IMG/VR virus record: IMGVR_UViG_3300042891_002337
Location: 11,599 to 75,598 of that record
Origin: a virus
Strand: one strand, 5' to 3'
Length of the DNA: 64,000 nucleotides
In this document: piece after piece, positions 24,998 to 34,940 of the stretch
Position numbering within the stretch: the stretch's first letter is position 1
Layout of the letters: every line of letters starts with the position of its first letter
Position numbers and translations under genes: made by a program
The notes under the pieces: generated by a model
What the model was told of the DNA's origin: nothing
The model's database searches: none
The model's input: the letters and a program-made list of their open reading frames with translations, nothing else

Positions 24998-27487
24998 TCA
25001 CTTGCACTTGGAGAAGCCGCACGCCTTGCAGGAGAGACAACCTTCCTGATAGACGAGCTCTGAGTTACCACACTCAGGGCACCCCTTTTCGCTTGACTTT
25101 GTACCATCCTTGATGTACCCCTTGAGAACTCTTGCGATTACTCTTGCGAATGAGAACATATCACTGTTCTTGTCCTTCTGAAGCTGTTCCACGATGTACT
25201 GGAGTGGGACATCGTGACGGAGGGCCAGGGAAACTGTCCTCGAGAATGCACCCTGTGTGGGGTTGTCGAAGAGATTGACGACGTCCTTGAAGATGAGATT
25301 GTCGTCCTCTCCAACCGGCACCAGGAGGTTGTATGTTGCAACTCCGTCACGCTTACCATTTTTAACCAAGGAGCCTGACTTGTATCGCTTGGGAATCTCA
25401 ATGTTCTCAGGAATTCCACAGAACACCTCATAGGGCTTGTCGTCTAGCAATCCTACGAGAACCAACCACGACTCAGTGACATCACCATTTCTCACGGTTG
25501 CTCGATGGATGTCGCAGTCCAGAGACTTTGGACGCTTCGGTGTGAGACGTCCCTCTTCAGACTTCTTCTCCTTCTTCGGCTCATCGTTGGAGATGAGGAC
25601 TCCAGTTCGGCAACCATCACGGTAGACCGTGAATCCCTTACATCCCATTGCCCATGCCTTCAGATAGACATTGTTGACTGTCTCCTTGGTGGCAGAGTTG
25701 GGAAGGTTGCAGGTCTTACTGATGCTGTGGTCAATCCAACGTTGTGCCGCTGCCTGGATGTCTACCGACTTCTCCCAATCGATGTCATTTGCTGTTCCAC
25801 CCCAGTATGGACTCTCCTGTGGGTCGGTCTTACCTGTGATATCCATCCACTTCTTGAACCAGTGGTGGTAAACCGTGTACTCCTGCCACTTGTCTCCCAT
25901 CGGATCCACGAAGTCCACCCTGGAGGTGAGGTCACCCTGTGTGATCTTGCGACGGCGCTTGTAAGAGAGGAGGAAGGCAGGCTCGATACCGGATGTTGTT
26001 CTGGTGAGGCATGAGACAGAACCGACAGGTGCCGTGGTAGTGAGGGCGATGTTACGACGGCCCGTCTCCTTCCACATGTCTGTGTACTCACCGCTGCATG
26101 CGCTGATAACCTTCTTCAGGTAGGTGTGGTCCTTCTCCTTCTCGAAGTCAAATACAGGGAATGCACCACGCTCCTTGGCCATGATGAGAGACGAACGGTG
26201 TGCACCCACAGCAAGAGCCTTGTAGATCTCCTCAGTGACCGTGATGGAGCATTCACTTCCATATCGAATGTTCATTGCTGCAAGCGCATCACCGAGACCT
26301 GTCACTCCCAGACCTGTCCTTCGTCCGTTCCGGCCGGCAGCCTTGATCTTGTGCCAGAGGTCCCACTCGATCCTCTTCACGTGGTCAGGTTGCGGGTCCT
26401 TCTCAATCTTCTCAAGGATGCGATCCACGCACTCGATCTCGAGGTCAACGAGGTCATCCATCAGGCGCTGGGCCTTCATGACAACCGTGTTGAATCGATC
26501 GAAGTCGAAGGTGGGGTTGTCACTGAATGGGTACCTGACGAATGAGGTCAGGTTGACAACCATGAGTCGACAAGAGTCGTAGGGACTCAGTGGGATCTCA
26601 CCACATGGATTTGTTGAGATTGTCTTGTAACCGACATCACGGTAGCAGTCGACGATTCCTTCGCGGGTGATCGTGTCCCAGAAGAGGGCGCCAGGTTCGG
26701 CTGAGGACCATGCTGCGTCCACGAACTTTTCCCAGACCTGACGAGCATTCACGTTCTTCGTGATCTCAGCAGTCTCAGGTGTGGATTCGACAGGCCAGCG
26801 AAGTGTAAAGTCCTCACCATCCACAGCCGCCTGCATGAACTCATCGGTGAAGCGTATGGAGATGTTGGCACCCGTCACCTTCTTCAGGTCGCGCTTGATG
26901 TCGATGAATGCCTCAACCTCAGGATGACGACAGTCGATGGTGAGCATGAGGGCGCCACGACGTCCACCCTGAGCAACCTCACGGGTGGAGTTGGAGAACC
27001 TCTCCATGAAGACGCTGATGCCATCGGTGGTTCTTGCAGCGTTGGTTGTGGGCTGACCCTTCGGGCGGATGGTGGAGACGTCGAAACCGACACCGCCACG
27101 ACGCTTCATGATCTGGACCTGCTCTTGGTCTGAGAAGAGAATGCCACCGTAGGAGTCGTGTGGCTGTTCAATGACGAAACAGTTTGACAGGCTCTGAAGC
27201 TGGTAGTAGTTTCCAATGCCTGACATTGGGGAGCCCTGTGGGACTACGTCCTTGAAGTCCTTCAGAAGCTCGTAGATCTCATCCTCAGTCATTGGGTTGG
27301 GATACTTCGCCTCAATTCGAGCAAACTCACGGGCAAGACGATGGTGCATCTGGTCGGGGTTTGTCTCAAGCAGATCATCCTGAGCGTCTCTAAGCGCATA
27401 CTTCATGAAGACATCTGGGGCGAGTTCATCACCCTCAAAGTAAGCCGAAGTCTCCTGTATTGCTTTTTGCCTGATGTAATCTTTCAT
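24998..27487 (-). CDS. nrdJ: class II (adenosylcobalamin) ribonucleotide reductase
   Basis: SNCF, GGVG, RRGALM, TNPCGEIPL, TTAPVGS, SISKTCN, TVYRDGCR, C-terminal CPECG...CxxCGFSKC. Confidence 0.93.
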   Translation of the reverse strand: MKDYIRQKAIQETSAYFEGDELAPDVFMKYALRDAQDDLLETNPDQMHHRLAREFARIEAKYPNPMTEDEIYELLKDFKDVVPQGSPMSGIGNYYQLQSLSNCFVIEQPHDSYGGILFSDQEQVQIMKRRGGVGFDVSTIRPKGQPTTNAARTTDGISVFMERFSNSTREVAQGGRRGALMLTIDCRHPEVEAFIDIKRDLKKVTGANISIRFTDEFMQAAVDGEDFTLRWPVESTPETAEITKNVNARQVWEKFVDAAWSSAEPGALFWDTITREGIVDCYRDVGYKTISTNPCGEIPLSPYDSCRLMVVNLTSFVRYPFSDNPTFDFDRFNTVVMKAQRLMDDLVDLEIECVDRILEKIEKDPQPDHVKRIEWDLWHKIKAAGRNGRRTGLGVTGLGDALAAMNIRYGSECSITVTEEIYKALAVGAHRSSLIMAKERGAFPVFDFEKEKDHTYLKKVISACSGEYTDMWKETGRRNIALTTTAPVGSVSCLTRTTSGIEPAFLLSYKRRRKITQGDLTSRVDFVDPMGDKWQEYTVYHHWFKKWMDITGKTDPQESPYWGGTANDIDWEKSVDIQAAAQRWIDHSISKTCNLPNSATKETVNNVYLKAWAMGCKGFTVYRDGCRTGVLISNDEPKKEKKSEEGRLTPKRPKSLDCDIHRATVRNGDVTESWLVLVGLLDDKPYEVFCGIPENIEIPKRYKSGSLVKNGKRDGVATYNLLVPVGEDDNLIFKDVVNLFDNPTQGAFSRTVSLALRHDVPLQYIVEQLQKDKNSDMFSFARVIARVLKGYIKDGTKSSEKGCPECGNSELVYQEGCLSCKACGFSKCK

Positions 27488-27496
27488 TTTGTTCCC

Positions 27497-28882
27497 TTAC
27501 TTTGCGTTCATTACTTGTTGCCACTTTTCCTTCAGTGTCCTCTTCTTGGCATTGTCATCCTGTGACATTGCCTCCTGAAGTGAAAGTGCGTTCTCGTCCA
27601 GGACTGTTATTGTAGACCTTGCCGTGTCGATGTGAACAGGGAAAAGCACTCCGTCCTTACCTGCTCGATTCTTTGCCACGAAGAGGCGTCCGGAGCCTGT
27701 TGCCTTCTCATTCGCCTTTCTCGAAAGGGAGAGGACAACGTCGGCAACCATTGCCTTTCCGTAGGCCTCAGACATATTTTCGAGTCCAACCACATCGGAA
27801 TTTGCTGATTCCCTGTTAGCCTGTGATGCTGTCCAGATTGGTACGCTTCTCTCCATTGCAAGGTTTCGAAGCTCCTCATAGATCAGCTTCAGTTCGAGTC
27901 GAAGGGCATCATACTCACGGCTGGACCTCATGATGTCAGCATAGTCGATCAGGATCAGGTGAGGAACGAAGCCCTTCATTGCAAGCTTCTCAAGGTGATT
28001 TCGAAGCGTGTTCACCGTAGCAGTGCCGGTCGGGTACTCCTTGATGATAAGCCTACCGAGCTCCATGTCCTTGTACTTCTTGAGGACCTCCTCCTTGGAA
28101 TCCTGCACCTCGTTTGATGGGATCTCACAGAGGTTGGAGTCGTAACGAATACCGACGGCGGTCTCGGTAAGTTCGAATGTGTAATGAACAACATTCTTTC
28201 CGATGCGCAAGGCCGCCGATCCCATTGCCGTGAGGAAGTGAGACTTGCCAACGCCAGTGTTGGCCACCACAACTCCAAGCTCTCCCTTTCCAAGGCCACC
28301 ATTCATGATGGACTTTTCATCGAGTGCCGGAATTCCTGTGCTGCAGGCGTTTCGATTGATCTTCACGAAGCGAGCTTCGGCATCCTCGAAGAAGTCATGG
28401 CCGACTGATGCCGAAAGACCAACACTCACGGCAGACTTCATCGTCTCCAGGACGGCATCGTACTTGTCCTGAGCAATCAGCTCAACGGACTTCTCAAGTG
28501 CCTCTCGAAGTGCCTGCTTCTTGCAGAAGTCCAGGGACTTTTCCTTCACATAGGCAATGTCACCCATGTCAGGAGAGGACTTCATCCTGCTGAGGTAGTC
28601 CACAATCTGGTCACGCAGGATTGTGTCATTGCCCTGTGAGAGGTCATCCTTGATGATGGATATCAGGAGTGACATCGTCGGGAATGTCTTGTACTTGCCA
28701 TGGTACTTAAAGTACTTGTCAGCAAGGTATGAGAGGTACCTGAGGTCGAAGTAATCGTGCCTCATCACCTCAGTCATTTGTGCTGCCCAGTGGTGGTCTG
28801 TCAGGAGTCCTTGAAAGATTTTCTCCTGAAAGGGCTTTCCATACTGCTTGAAGAGGGCCTCAGCGGCCAGATTCTCTCGCAT
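27497..28882 (-). CDS. dnaB: replicative DNA helicase (DnaB / T4 gp41-like)
   Basis: ANTGVGKS, FEL, IDYAD, WTASQANR, KNRAG. Confidence 0.93.
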   Translation of the reverse strand: MRENLAAEALFKQYGKPFQEKIFQGLLTDHHWAAQMTEVMRHDYFDLRYLSYLADKYFKYHGKYKTFPTMSLLISIIKDDLSQGNDTILRDQIVDYLSRMKSSPDMGDIAYVKEKSLDFCKKQALREALEKSVELIAQDKYDAVLETMKSAVSVGLSASVGHDFFEDAEARFVKINRNACSTGIPALDEKSIMNGGLGKGELGVVVANTGVGKSHFLTAMGSAALRIGKNVVHYTFELTETAVGIRYDSNLCEIPSNEVQDSKEEVLKKYKDMELGRLIIKEYPTGTATVNTLRNHLEKLAMKGFVPHLILIDYADIMRSSREYDALRLELKLIYEELRNLAMERSVPIWTASQANRESANSDVVGLENMSEAYGKAMVADVVLSLSRKANEKATGSGRLFVAKNRAGKDGVLFPVHIDTARSTITVLDENALSLQEAMSQDDNAKKRTLKEKWQQVMNAK

Positions 28883-29836
28883 TCAATTCCTGAGATTGAG
28901 GGTGATGGTCAAATAAAATCTGTCGACATCAAATGTTTTGATCCCATGCTTCACAAGTTGTCTAATGAGACCCATCTTGTCGGGATTCGAAATGGGAATA
29001 TCAAATGACGTGTTTATCTTCTGGACTTGGCTTGCACTGAGGTTGGAAACGTCCAGGCTCATGAGCTGCCAGTTTCTTCGTGCGACCTCTTTGTTCTCCA
29101 TGATCGACTTCAGGGCCTTGATTCGATCGATTTTGGGGTGGGTCTCGCACAATTCAATTATGTCTTCAACTGAGAGTTCATCCTCACCGGCAAGCTTCGG
29201 GAACATGTTGACCATTGTCCGCAGGCCGACGCCTGGGATACCCGGAAGTGCGTCAGATGCATCTCCTGTGAAGCAGCGGGTAACACAAAGATTGTGAGGT
29301 GGGACACCAAATTTCTTTTGGACGAAGTCACAGTTCACAATCTCCTTGAGAGTGGGTGACCAGACCTGGACACGATCATCCACGAGTTGGAGGTAGTCAT
29401 GGTCGGAAGAAACGATAAGGATGTTCCTATCCTTGAAATGGTACCTCGCCATATAGCCGATTACATCGTCTGCCTCGCAATCCGACACATAGGTCTGCCT
29501 GATTGGAAGGAACTTCAACAATGAGACCAGGAGCTTCACCTGCCAGTTTCGGTTCTCAACCGTATCAGGAATGTCCCCCTCGTGGAACCTGTTTAGCTTC
29601 TGAGGTCTTCGGTTGTCCTTGTATTGGGGAAATATGGCCCGTCTACGTGATGATCCCCCACCTTCCCAGATTACAACGAGCGACGACGGCCTGTGATCCG
29701 CCACCAGGGCACCGATGGACTTCATGAATCCAACGACGCCTCCGACGTGTTGCCCCTCCTCCATGAGTGGATTGGCAACGAAGTTGCGCACAAACAGGTT
29801 GTACGCATCTACCAACATCACAGGACCGTCCTTCAC
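28883..29836 (-). CDS. 5'-3' exonuclease / flap endonuclease (T4 RNase H, Pol I N-terminal-like)
   Basis: VDAYNLF, YK.NR, EADDVI, SSDHDYLQL, GDASD.LPGIPGVG. Confidence 0.92.
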   Translation of the reverse strand: MKDGPVMLVDAYNLFVRNFVANPLMEEGQHVGGVVGFMKSIGALVADHRPSSLVVIWEGGGSSRRRAIFPQYKDNRRPQKLNRFHEGDIPDTVENRNWQVKLLVSLLKFLPIRQTYVSDCEADDVIGYMARYHFKDRNILIVSSDHDYLQLVDDRVQVWSPTLKEIVNCDFVQKKFGVPPHNLCVTRCFTGDASDALPGIPGVGLRTMVNMFPKLAGEDELSVEDIIELCETHPKIDRIKALKSIMENKEVARRNWQLMSLDVSNLSASQVQKINTSFDIPISNPDKMGLIRQLVKHGIKTFDVDRFYLTITLNLRN

Positions 29837-29839
29837 GGT

Positions 29840-31051
29840 TCACTCCGGAGAAACCATCTCGTCGTCACCGCCAAGGAGATCAGCGACTGCCTTCACCTCC
29901 TCGTAGGACTCAGGGTCGATGTCAACCGCAGCGGGGTTTGCCGCCAGTCGAACCATCGCCTTCTCAAGAAGTCCATCGACCCAAGGCTTGTAGTCAGGTG
30001 TGTTCATAATCTCACCAAAGTCAGCCTTATAGAACTTCTTCTCGATGATGTTGACATTCTGCTCGTTGGTGACTCGGAGGACCTTCCAGGAGCCTGAACC
30101 CTCGATCACCACCTGGTGCTCTTCCACCATGTCAGGCCCGTGGTCACGGAGGATGTCAAAGAGCTCCTCATGCTCCTCGATGCCTTGCCCGAAGATGATT
30201 CGGAAGTTCGCTGTGCGGAACGGCTTCGCCACCTTGTTCTTGATGGTCTTTGCAGAGACATTGATTCCAAGCACCTCATCGTTCGGTCCCTTGATCTGGG
30301 AGCCGGCACCAAGCTTGATTCTAACCGACGAGTGGAACGGAATTGCATTTCCGCCCGGTACCGCTGTCGGATCACCGTACATCACACCGATCTTTGTTCG
30401 AATCTGGTTGAGGCAGACGAAGAGGACGCTCTGGTCACCAATGACACCTGTGATCTTACGCATTCCCTTGGAAAGTACTCGTGCCTGGAGGCCGATAGTA
30501 TCCTTGTCGTAAGCGCCATCCAGCTCGGCCTTCGGGGACGATGCTGCCACCGAGTCCCAGATGATGGTGATCGGAACGTCCTTGTTGAGTGCCTTCGCCT
30601 TCAGGATGGTCTTCTCAGCAATATCGAAGACCTCCTCGGTACAGTGCGTATCCACGTAGACGAATCGCTTTCCGATGTTGACACCAAGAGCCTCCAGGTT
30701 CTCTGGGTTTGTAGCATTCTCAGTGTCGATGTAGACGGCAATTCCACCCATGCGCTGGGTTGATCGACAGATCTGCGCTGCGAGGTGTGACTTACCGATG
30801 GACGGTGGACCGAACACCTCCACAATTCGACCCTCAGGAAGGCCACCATTCCGTCGGTTTGCGATGATGTAGTCGAGCCCCTTAGATCCTGTTGAGATCC
30901 AGCGCTTCACGTGAGTTGGTGATGTGTCCGACGCCAGGTTATAAGCGACTCGATGACCGAGGTCCTTGTTGAGCGAATCAATGAGGTCGGCGGTGAAATC
31001 CTCGGTGGCCGAGCTGGTCACCTCACCCGTACTTAGCTTCTTCCTTGCCAT
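29840..31051 (-). CDS. recA: RecA/UvsX recombinase
   Basis: ISTGS..LD, GGLPEGRI.E.FGPPSIGKS, IDTE, DSVAA, NQIR.KIGVMYG, KNKVA.PF. Confidence 0.95.
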   Translation of the reverse strand: MARKKLSTGEVTSSATEDFTADLIDSLNKDLGHRVAYNLASDTSPTHVKRWISTGSKGLDYIIANRRNGGLPEGRIVEVFGPPSIGKSHLAAQICRSTQRMGGIAVYIDTENATNPENLEALGVNIGKRFVYVDTHCTEEVFDIAEKTILKAKALNKDVPITIIWDSVAASSPKAELDGAYDKDTIGLQARVLSKGMRKITGVIGDQSVLFVCLNQIRTKIGVMYGDPTAVPGGNAIPFHSSVRIKLGAGSQIKGPNDEVLGINVSAKTIKNKVAKPFRTANFRIIFGQGIEEHEELFDILRDHGPDMVEEHQVVIEGSGSWKVLRVTNEQNVNIIEKKFYKADFGEIMNTPDYKPWVDGLLEKAMVRLAANPAAVDIDPESYEEVKAVADLLGGDDEMVSPE

Positions 31052-31070
31052 GTCATTTCTCTCCTAATCA

Positions 31071-31118
31071 ATTCTACAGTCTCTTTAAATGTGTTCACCC
31101 AGGTGTGAGCCTGGGTGA
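31071..31118 (-). promoter_or_regulatory. recA promoter TGAAC-N16-TAGAAT overlapping a 9-bp stem-loop downstream of ssb
   Basis: tcacccagg (31095-31103) / cctgggtga (31110-31118); AGGAG RBS. Confidence 0.6.
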
Positions 31119-31135
31119 GACAACTTCAGGAACCT

Positions 31136-31960
31136 TTATTCGAGGTCTGCGAAGGCATCCTCAAGGTCATCCATGGTCTTCTTCTTGACAGGAGCCGAAG
31201 CAGGCTTGTTGCCACGAAGCTCAGCAAGGTCGTTCTCAATGGAGTCGGACTTGTTGCCACGGGTGAGGCCAACCTCCTTCTCGGAAGAGCTGGACTCACT
31301 TCCACCACCGAGCCAGTCATTCACTCGCTTCTCAATCTCCTCGACAGGAGTGAGCTCCTCGTAGTCGTCGATGTTCGGAATCGAGGAAAGCCAGGTCTTG
31401 ATCTGGTCCTTGTCCTTGGACAGAGGAGATGTGGTTCCGCGTGGGGTGACCTTGGTGTCTGCATACTGCTTTCCAGGAGTCTTGGTCACGGAGACCTTGA
31501 CGTCTCGGCCCTCGAGGGGATCGGTGATGTCACCGTAGTCCTCATCCAGCATCAGCTTCAGGAGGTCCTGGTAGATCATCTTGCCGAATGCCCAGAGTCG
31601 AACGCCTCGATCCTCCTCACCACGAACCACTACCGCAGCATAGGTGCGCATCTTCGGGTAGAGCTTCTTTGCAAGCTCACGACTTGCATCGGAGTTGTCC
31701 TCACGAAGCTTGTTGATCAGCTCCTGGATCGGATCCTTCTTACCGAACTGGTAAGGGGCCAGGATTGCGGCTGCCTTGTCACCACCGATACCGTAGTAGT
31801 ACCAGCGATCCTTGAAGGGCTGACCGTCGTTGTTAGGAAGCGCGATGATTCGGACATTGTAGTCCTTGCCTTCCTCGGGTCGCCACATGATAGTGGACTT
31901 CTTGTTCTGGCCGGAGAGTTGGCCAAGCTTCTTACGGATTGCGTCAAAGTCGATTGCCAT
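31136..31960 (-). CDS. single-stranded DNA-binding protein, T4 gp32-like
   Basis: MAIDFDAIRKKL, W.P, DPI.E, LW.FGK.IY, YGDITDP.EGRD, acidic tail DDLEDAFADLE. Confidence 0.9.
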   Translation of the reverse strand: MAIDFDAIRKKLGQLSGQNKKSTIMWRPEEGKDYNVRIIALPNNDGQPFKDRWYYYGIGGDKAAAILAPYQFGKKDPIQELINKLREDNSDASRELAKKLYPKMRTYAAVVVRGEEDRGVRLWAFGKMIYQDLLKLMLDEDYGDITDPLEGRDVKVSVTKTPGKQYADTKVTPRGTTSPLSKDKDQIKTWLSSIPNIDDYEELTPVEEIEKRVNDWLGGGSESSSSEKEVGLTRGNKSDSIENDLAELRGNKPASAPVKKKTMDDLEDAFADLE

Positions 31961-32074
31961 GATTGTTTGTCCTTGATTGTTGTTGAAGTAGTGAGGAACG
32001 GCGTCACCCCCGTCCATCACCTTATTGCGGAACCACCCGCAACAAGATTGTAGTAATTGTTTGTAAGTTGTTCA
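31961..32074 (-). promoter_or_regulatory. ssb promoter (TGAAC-N17-TACAAT) and ~80-nt leader with two hairpins and an A/C-rich unstructured RBS region
   Basis: promoter at 32047-32074; hairpins at 32025-32042 and 31991-32020. Confidence 0.6.
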
Positions 32075-32488
32075 GATCTTTGGTGAAAGATAGCTTATCA
32101 CCTTTCTGCGAGATAGCTTTCCCTTGTTGCCGAATGGAGACTCGGATCCACCGAATGAGCTTGCTAGCTTCTCAACTGAGCTCTCATATGATTCAAGTGC
32201 ACGCTCAATCCTCTTCCGCTGCTTCTCCTTGTCGGAATCTCGAGACTTAGGAAGGTGGTCATCGAAACCTCCTATCGATGCAGATTCAGCAGGCATCACA
32301 GTGTTTGCATGCGCAGCAGACTCACCAAGATTCTTGTTCTTCTTCACCTTCGGCTCCATGCCGAGTGGAAGAGTGTAACCGGCAACGGCACCAGCACCCG
32401 AGAACTCATCGAGTTCTTCCTCGTCAAGCTCATCAAGTTCTGCCTTGAGCATCTCAGCAATCAGGATTCTTAGTGCCTTCTCTTCCAT
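32072..32488 (-). CDS. hypothetical late protein
   Basis: ATAGTTA 5 nt before ATG; N-terminal ALRILIAEMLKAE. Confidence 0.7.
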   Translation of the reverse strand: MEEKALRILIAEMLKAELDELDEEELDEFSGAGAVAGYTLPLGMEPKVKKNKNLGESAAHANTVMPAESASIGGFDDHLPKSRDSDKEKQRKRIERALESYESSVEKLASSFGGSESPFGNKGKLSRRKVISYLSPKI

Positions 32489-32492
32489 GCAA

Positions 32493-33080
32493 TTAACTAT
32501 TACCGTCGCCGAAGACCCATTGGCGCGCCTGCATCAGGAGGATAGAAATTGTGGACTCGGAACCGATGTAAAATCGGTTCTCCTCACGGGACTGCCCACC
32601 TGAGACTGCAATCGCCTGCCACTCATCGTGAGAGAGATGTATTCCAAAGTGCTGTGCAAGGTACAGGCTCCTATGAGAGATCGGCATCTTTACCACCGAC
32701 TCTCCGAACTTATACCTCTTCCCCTGCTTCAGGTGCCAGTCAGAGTCCTGTGGAACAAGGTAGTCCTGCCCGTTCTCAGGCCCGCCAAGTAGTCCAAGAC
32801 TGTGACAGATCCCAACAACTATGATAGACTCATTGCTCACGTCAAGCTCAAGTGCCTTTGCAAGTGACCTCATTTTCTTGATTACTGAGAGTGTCGTGTC
32901 TAGCAAACCTCCTGAGTAGCAACCTGGTAGGTGACTTGCCGCAGATGCCGGTGCCATTAGATACCTCTCACCAAGAGAGTCAAGCATTCCGACTATTGCG
33001 TCTCTCCTCGTGCCTGTATTCTCAGCAAGCTTATTTAGAGTCTGCCACTTCGACTGAATCTGTTCTATCGATAGTTCCAT
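32493..33080 (-). CDS. degenerate HD-domain-like protein
   Basis: APAS...GGL...L.V...ICHSLG...HRSL.L.Q..GI.L..DEW.AI; HD dyad altered. Confidence 0.65.
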   Translation of the reverse strand: MELSIEQIQSKWQTLNKLAENTGTRRDAIVGMLDSLGERYLMAPASAASHLPGCYSGGLLDTTLSVIKKMRSLAKALELDVSNESIIVVGICHSLGLLGGPENGQDYLVPQDSDWHLKQGKRYKFGESVVKMPISHRSLYLAQHFGIHLSHDEWQAIAVSGGQSREENRFYIGSESTISILLMQARQWVFGDGNS

Positions 33081-33103
33081 GTTTGACTATAACAACGGAT
33101 TCG

Positions 33104-33748
33104 TCACTTTTTAGGGACATTGCCCTTATTCTGACTAGATTGTGGCGCCTTGGTGCCTGATGACTGCTTTTGCTCTGGTGGGTAACTGCTTGCAGTGACC
33201 CTTATGATTCCAGTGTCATTGCTGCTAAGCAACACAAAGTCTTTCTCAGGATTGAATTTGACCCATCCCATCTTTGATGCAGCGATCATAAGAAGGTTAA
33301 TCCACCTGCCACAGGCAGCGGCGCTCTGTACGACATATGAGGGACCTGCGCTGGAGCCAAAGTAACCGGAGTTTGCCCTTGTTTCTCGCCTCCTCTCTAC
33401 GAACACAGAGTCACCTGACATAGAGACCTTGCCATACACTTGAGCAAGGTCTGCGTTGCTCATGGTAACCTGCTGCAAGAAATTCCTGACATCTTCTAGC
33501 TTACCAGTCTGCGGCGTTGAGACCTTTGTGAATCCAAGCCTGTCGAACAGGGACTTTGGATTTGATGAAACGAGATTCTCAGCCGCAATGTATGCGTTGG
33601 ACCTTCTTCCTTTCGGTTTAGACCAGTCCTCCTCAGAGTCAAACGCTGACGTAACTTCGCCGCCTCCGAGCTCATCATCAGGGTCGATATCTCCCTGTTC
33701 CAAGAGAGTCCTGGCTATTGACTTTCTAATGAATTCTTCCCTAGTCAT
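33104..33748 (-). CDS. hypothetical late protein
   Basis: ATAGTTA at 33762-33768; N-terminal FIRKSIARTLLEQ. Confidence 0.7.
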   Translation of the reverse strand: MTREEFIRKSIARTLLEQGDIDPDDELGGGEVTSAFDSEEDWSKPKGRRSNAYIAAENLVSSNPKSLFDRLGFTKVSTPQTGKLEDVRNFLQQVTMSNADLAQVYGKVSMSGDSVFVERRRETRANSGYFGSSAGPSYVVQSAAACGRWINLLMIAASKMGWVKFNPEKDFVLLSSNDTGIIRVTASSYPPEQKQSSGTKAPQSSQNKGNVPKK

Positions 33749-33764
33749 TGGTCACCGTGAATAA

Positions 33765-34910
33765 CTATTCATCCCAGATAGGGCCAAGGCTCAATGGAAA
33801 TCTTCCAAGAGGAGAGACTTCAACTCCCATGCTCACCCTGTTACGAAGGTGTCCATACAGTTCAGGTGAAACATCGAGAATGAGGGCATCATGGAGTACG
33901 AATATCGGAACGATTCCGTTTCCGACATGGGAACCAAGGTCCTGGATGAGTGTATTGAAGCCCAGCAGGGCAACGTCGACTGCCGTTGACTGTGTGTAGT
34001 GAGGGATCAGCAACCTGTCCTCACAGTCCTCGAGTGGCCTGCCAAAGCCGTTTGTGTTGCCTTCGGATCGAAGCCTTTGCATCAGTTCATCAATCTTAAA
34101 GACCCTCTTGACCTCTTCTCTAATTGAGGATGAGACAGGATCATCATTCTTTGAGCCTTGACCGTACAGGACAGAAAGGGTTGGAACCTTGACCTTGGAC
34201 CTTGAATGACCTCCGCCAATGCTTCGAGATATCCAGTCGTAGACATCCTCACCGTCTGGCTTCACACCAGCTGTGTAAAGAGCGACACGAGGCTCAAGCG
34301 AGACATAATCTACCTGAAGTATCCTTCCTCCCGAGAACCTCGAAGATATCACACGCCTGTCTGCTTTCGATATTGTGAGAATCTTTGGTCCATCAATCAC
34401 CTTGAGACGACCTGTCTGTGTCACCTGTGAGTACCTTGGAACAGCAGCAAACCTTCCTGATGTCGGAATGAATGACTCAACTGACGGTGACTTTCTCCTT
34501 GCTTCAAACTCGCGTGCGTCTATCGATGCAGGCTCAAGAGACATCAGTAGGCTTCGACACTTGATATGAGTGTCGACATACTTCTTAGTTGATTCGTCCT
34601 GCAACCAGTCAACAACTGATGAGTGCGCTGACTTCACAACAGAAAGGTACTTCTCCTTTCCTATTGCCTGCATCCAGGGAATCTCTGATGATGTGAGAGA
34701 ACCGTATGCATCCCGCTGGCCTTGTGACACTATTGACGGAGGTGTTCGACCAAAGAGAGACATTGACTCATCAAGTGACCTTGTCTCATTTTGACCTGAC
34801 TCCATCCACCACGACTCTGGATCATGAGTCTTCGAGAATCTCTTCCCATCAAATTGAACTGACATTCCAGGAGAACATGACTTTTCAGGAATTGAGATCT
34901 TCACTTGCAT
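33765..34910 (-). CDS. minimal family-A DNA polymerase-like protein (polymerase domain only)
   Basis: TGRL, motif A VDYVSLEPR, motif B R..VK...L..LYG, Q.TA.D, motif C LHDALIL. Confidence 0.8.
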   Translation of the reverse strand: MQVKISIPEKSCSPGMSVQFDGKRFSKTHDPESWWMESGQNETRSLDESMSLFGRTPPSIVSQGQRDAYGSLTSSEIPWMQAIGKEKYLSVVKSAHSSVVDWLQDESTKKYVDTHIKCRSLLMSLEPASIDAREFEARRKSPSVESFIPTSGRFAAVPRYSQVTQTGRLKVIDGPKILTISKADRRVISSRFSGGRILQVDYVSLEPRVALYTAGVKPDGEDVYDWISRSIGGGHSRSKVKVPTLSVLYGQGSKNDDPVSSSIREEVKRVFKIDELMQRLRSEGNTNGFGRPLEDCEDRLLIPHYTQSTAVDVALLGFNTLIQDLGSHVGNGIVPIFVLHDALILDVSPELYGHLRNRVSMGVEVSPLGRFPLSLGPIWDE

Positions 34911-34940
34911 ATTCAAGTTTTATGACAAAGTTTTCATTGT

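Noticed and set aside
24946-25107. Long N-terminal extensions in the ORF track (clpP, dCMP deaminase, dUTPase, ssb, 17957-19003)
   Set aside because: They overlap upstream genes or leaders; downstream ATGs with an RBS or stop-start coupling fit better.
8199-31051. Inteins or introns in dnaE, nrdJ, helicase or recA
   Set aside because: Lengths and motif spacing look normal; no intein termini or homing-endonuclease motifs seen.
31095-31118. Stem-loop after ssb as an intrinsic terminator
   Set aside because: No U-tract follows on the minus strand; kept only as an unspecified regulatory hairpin.
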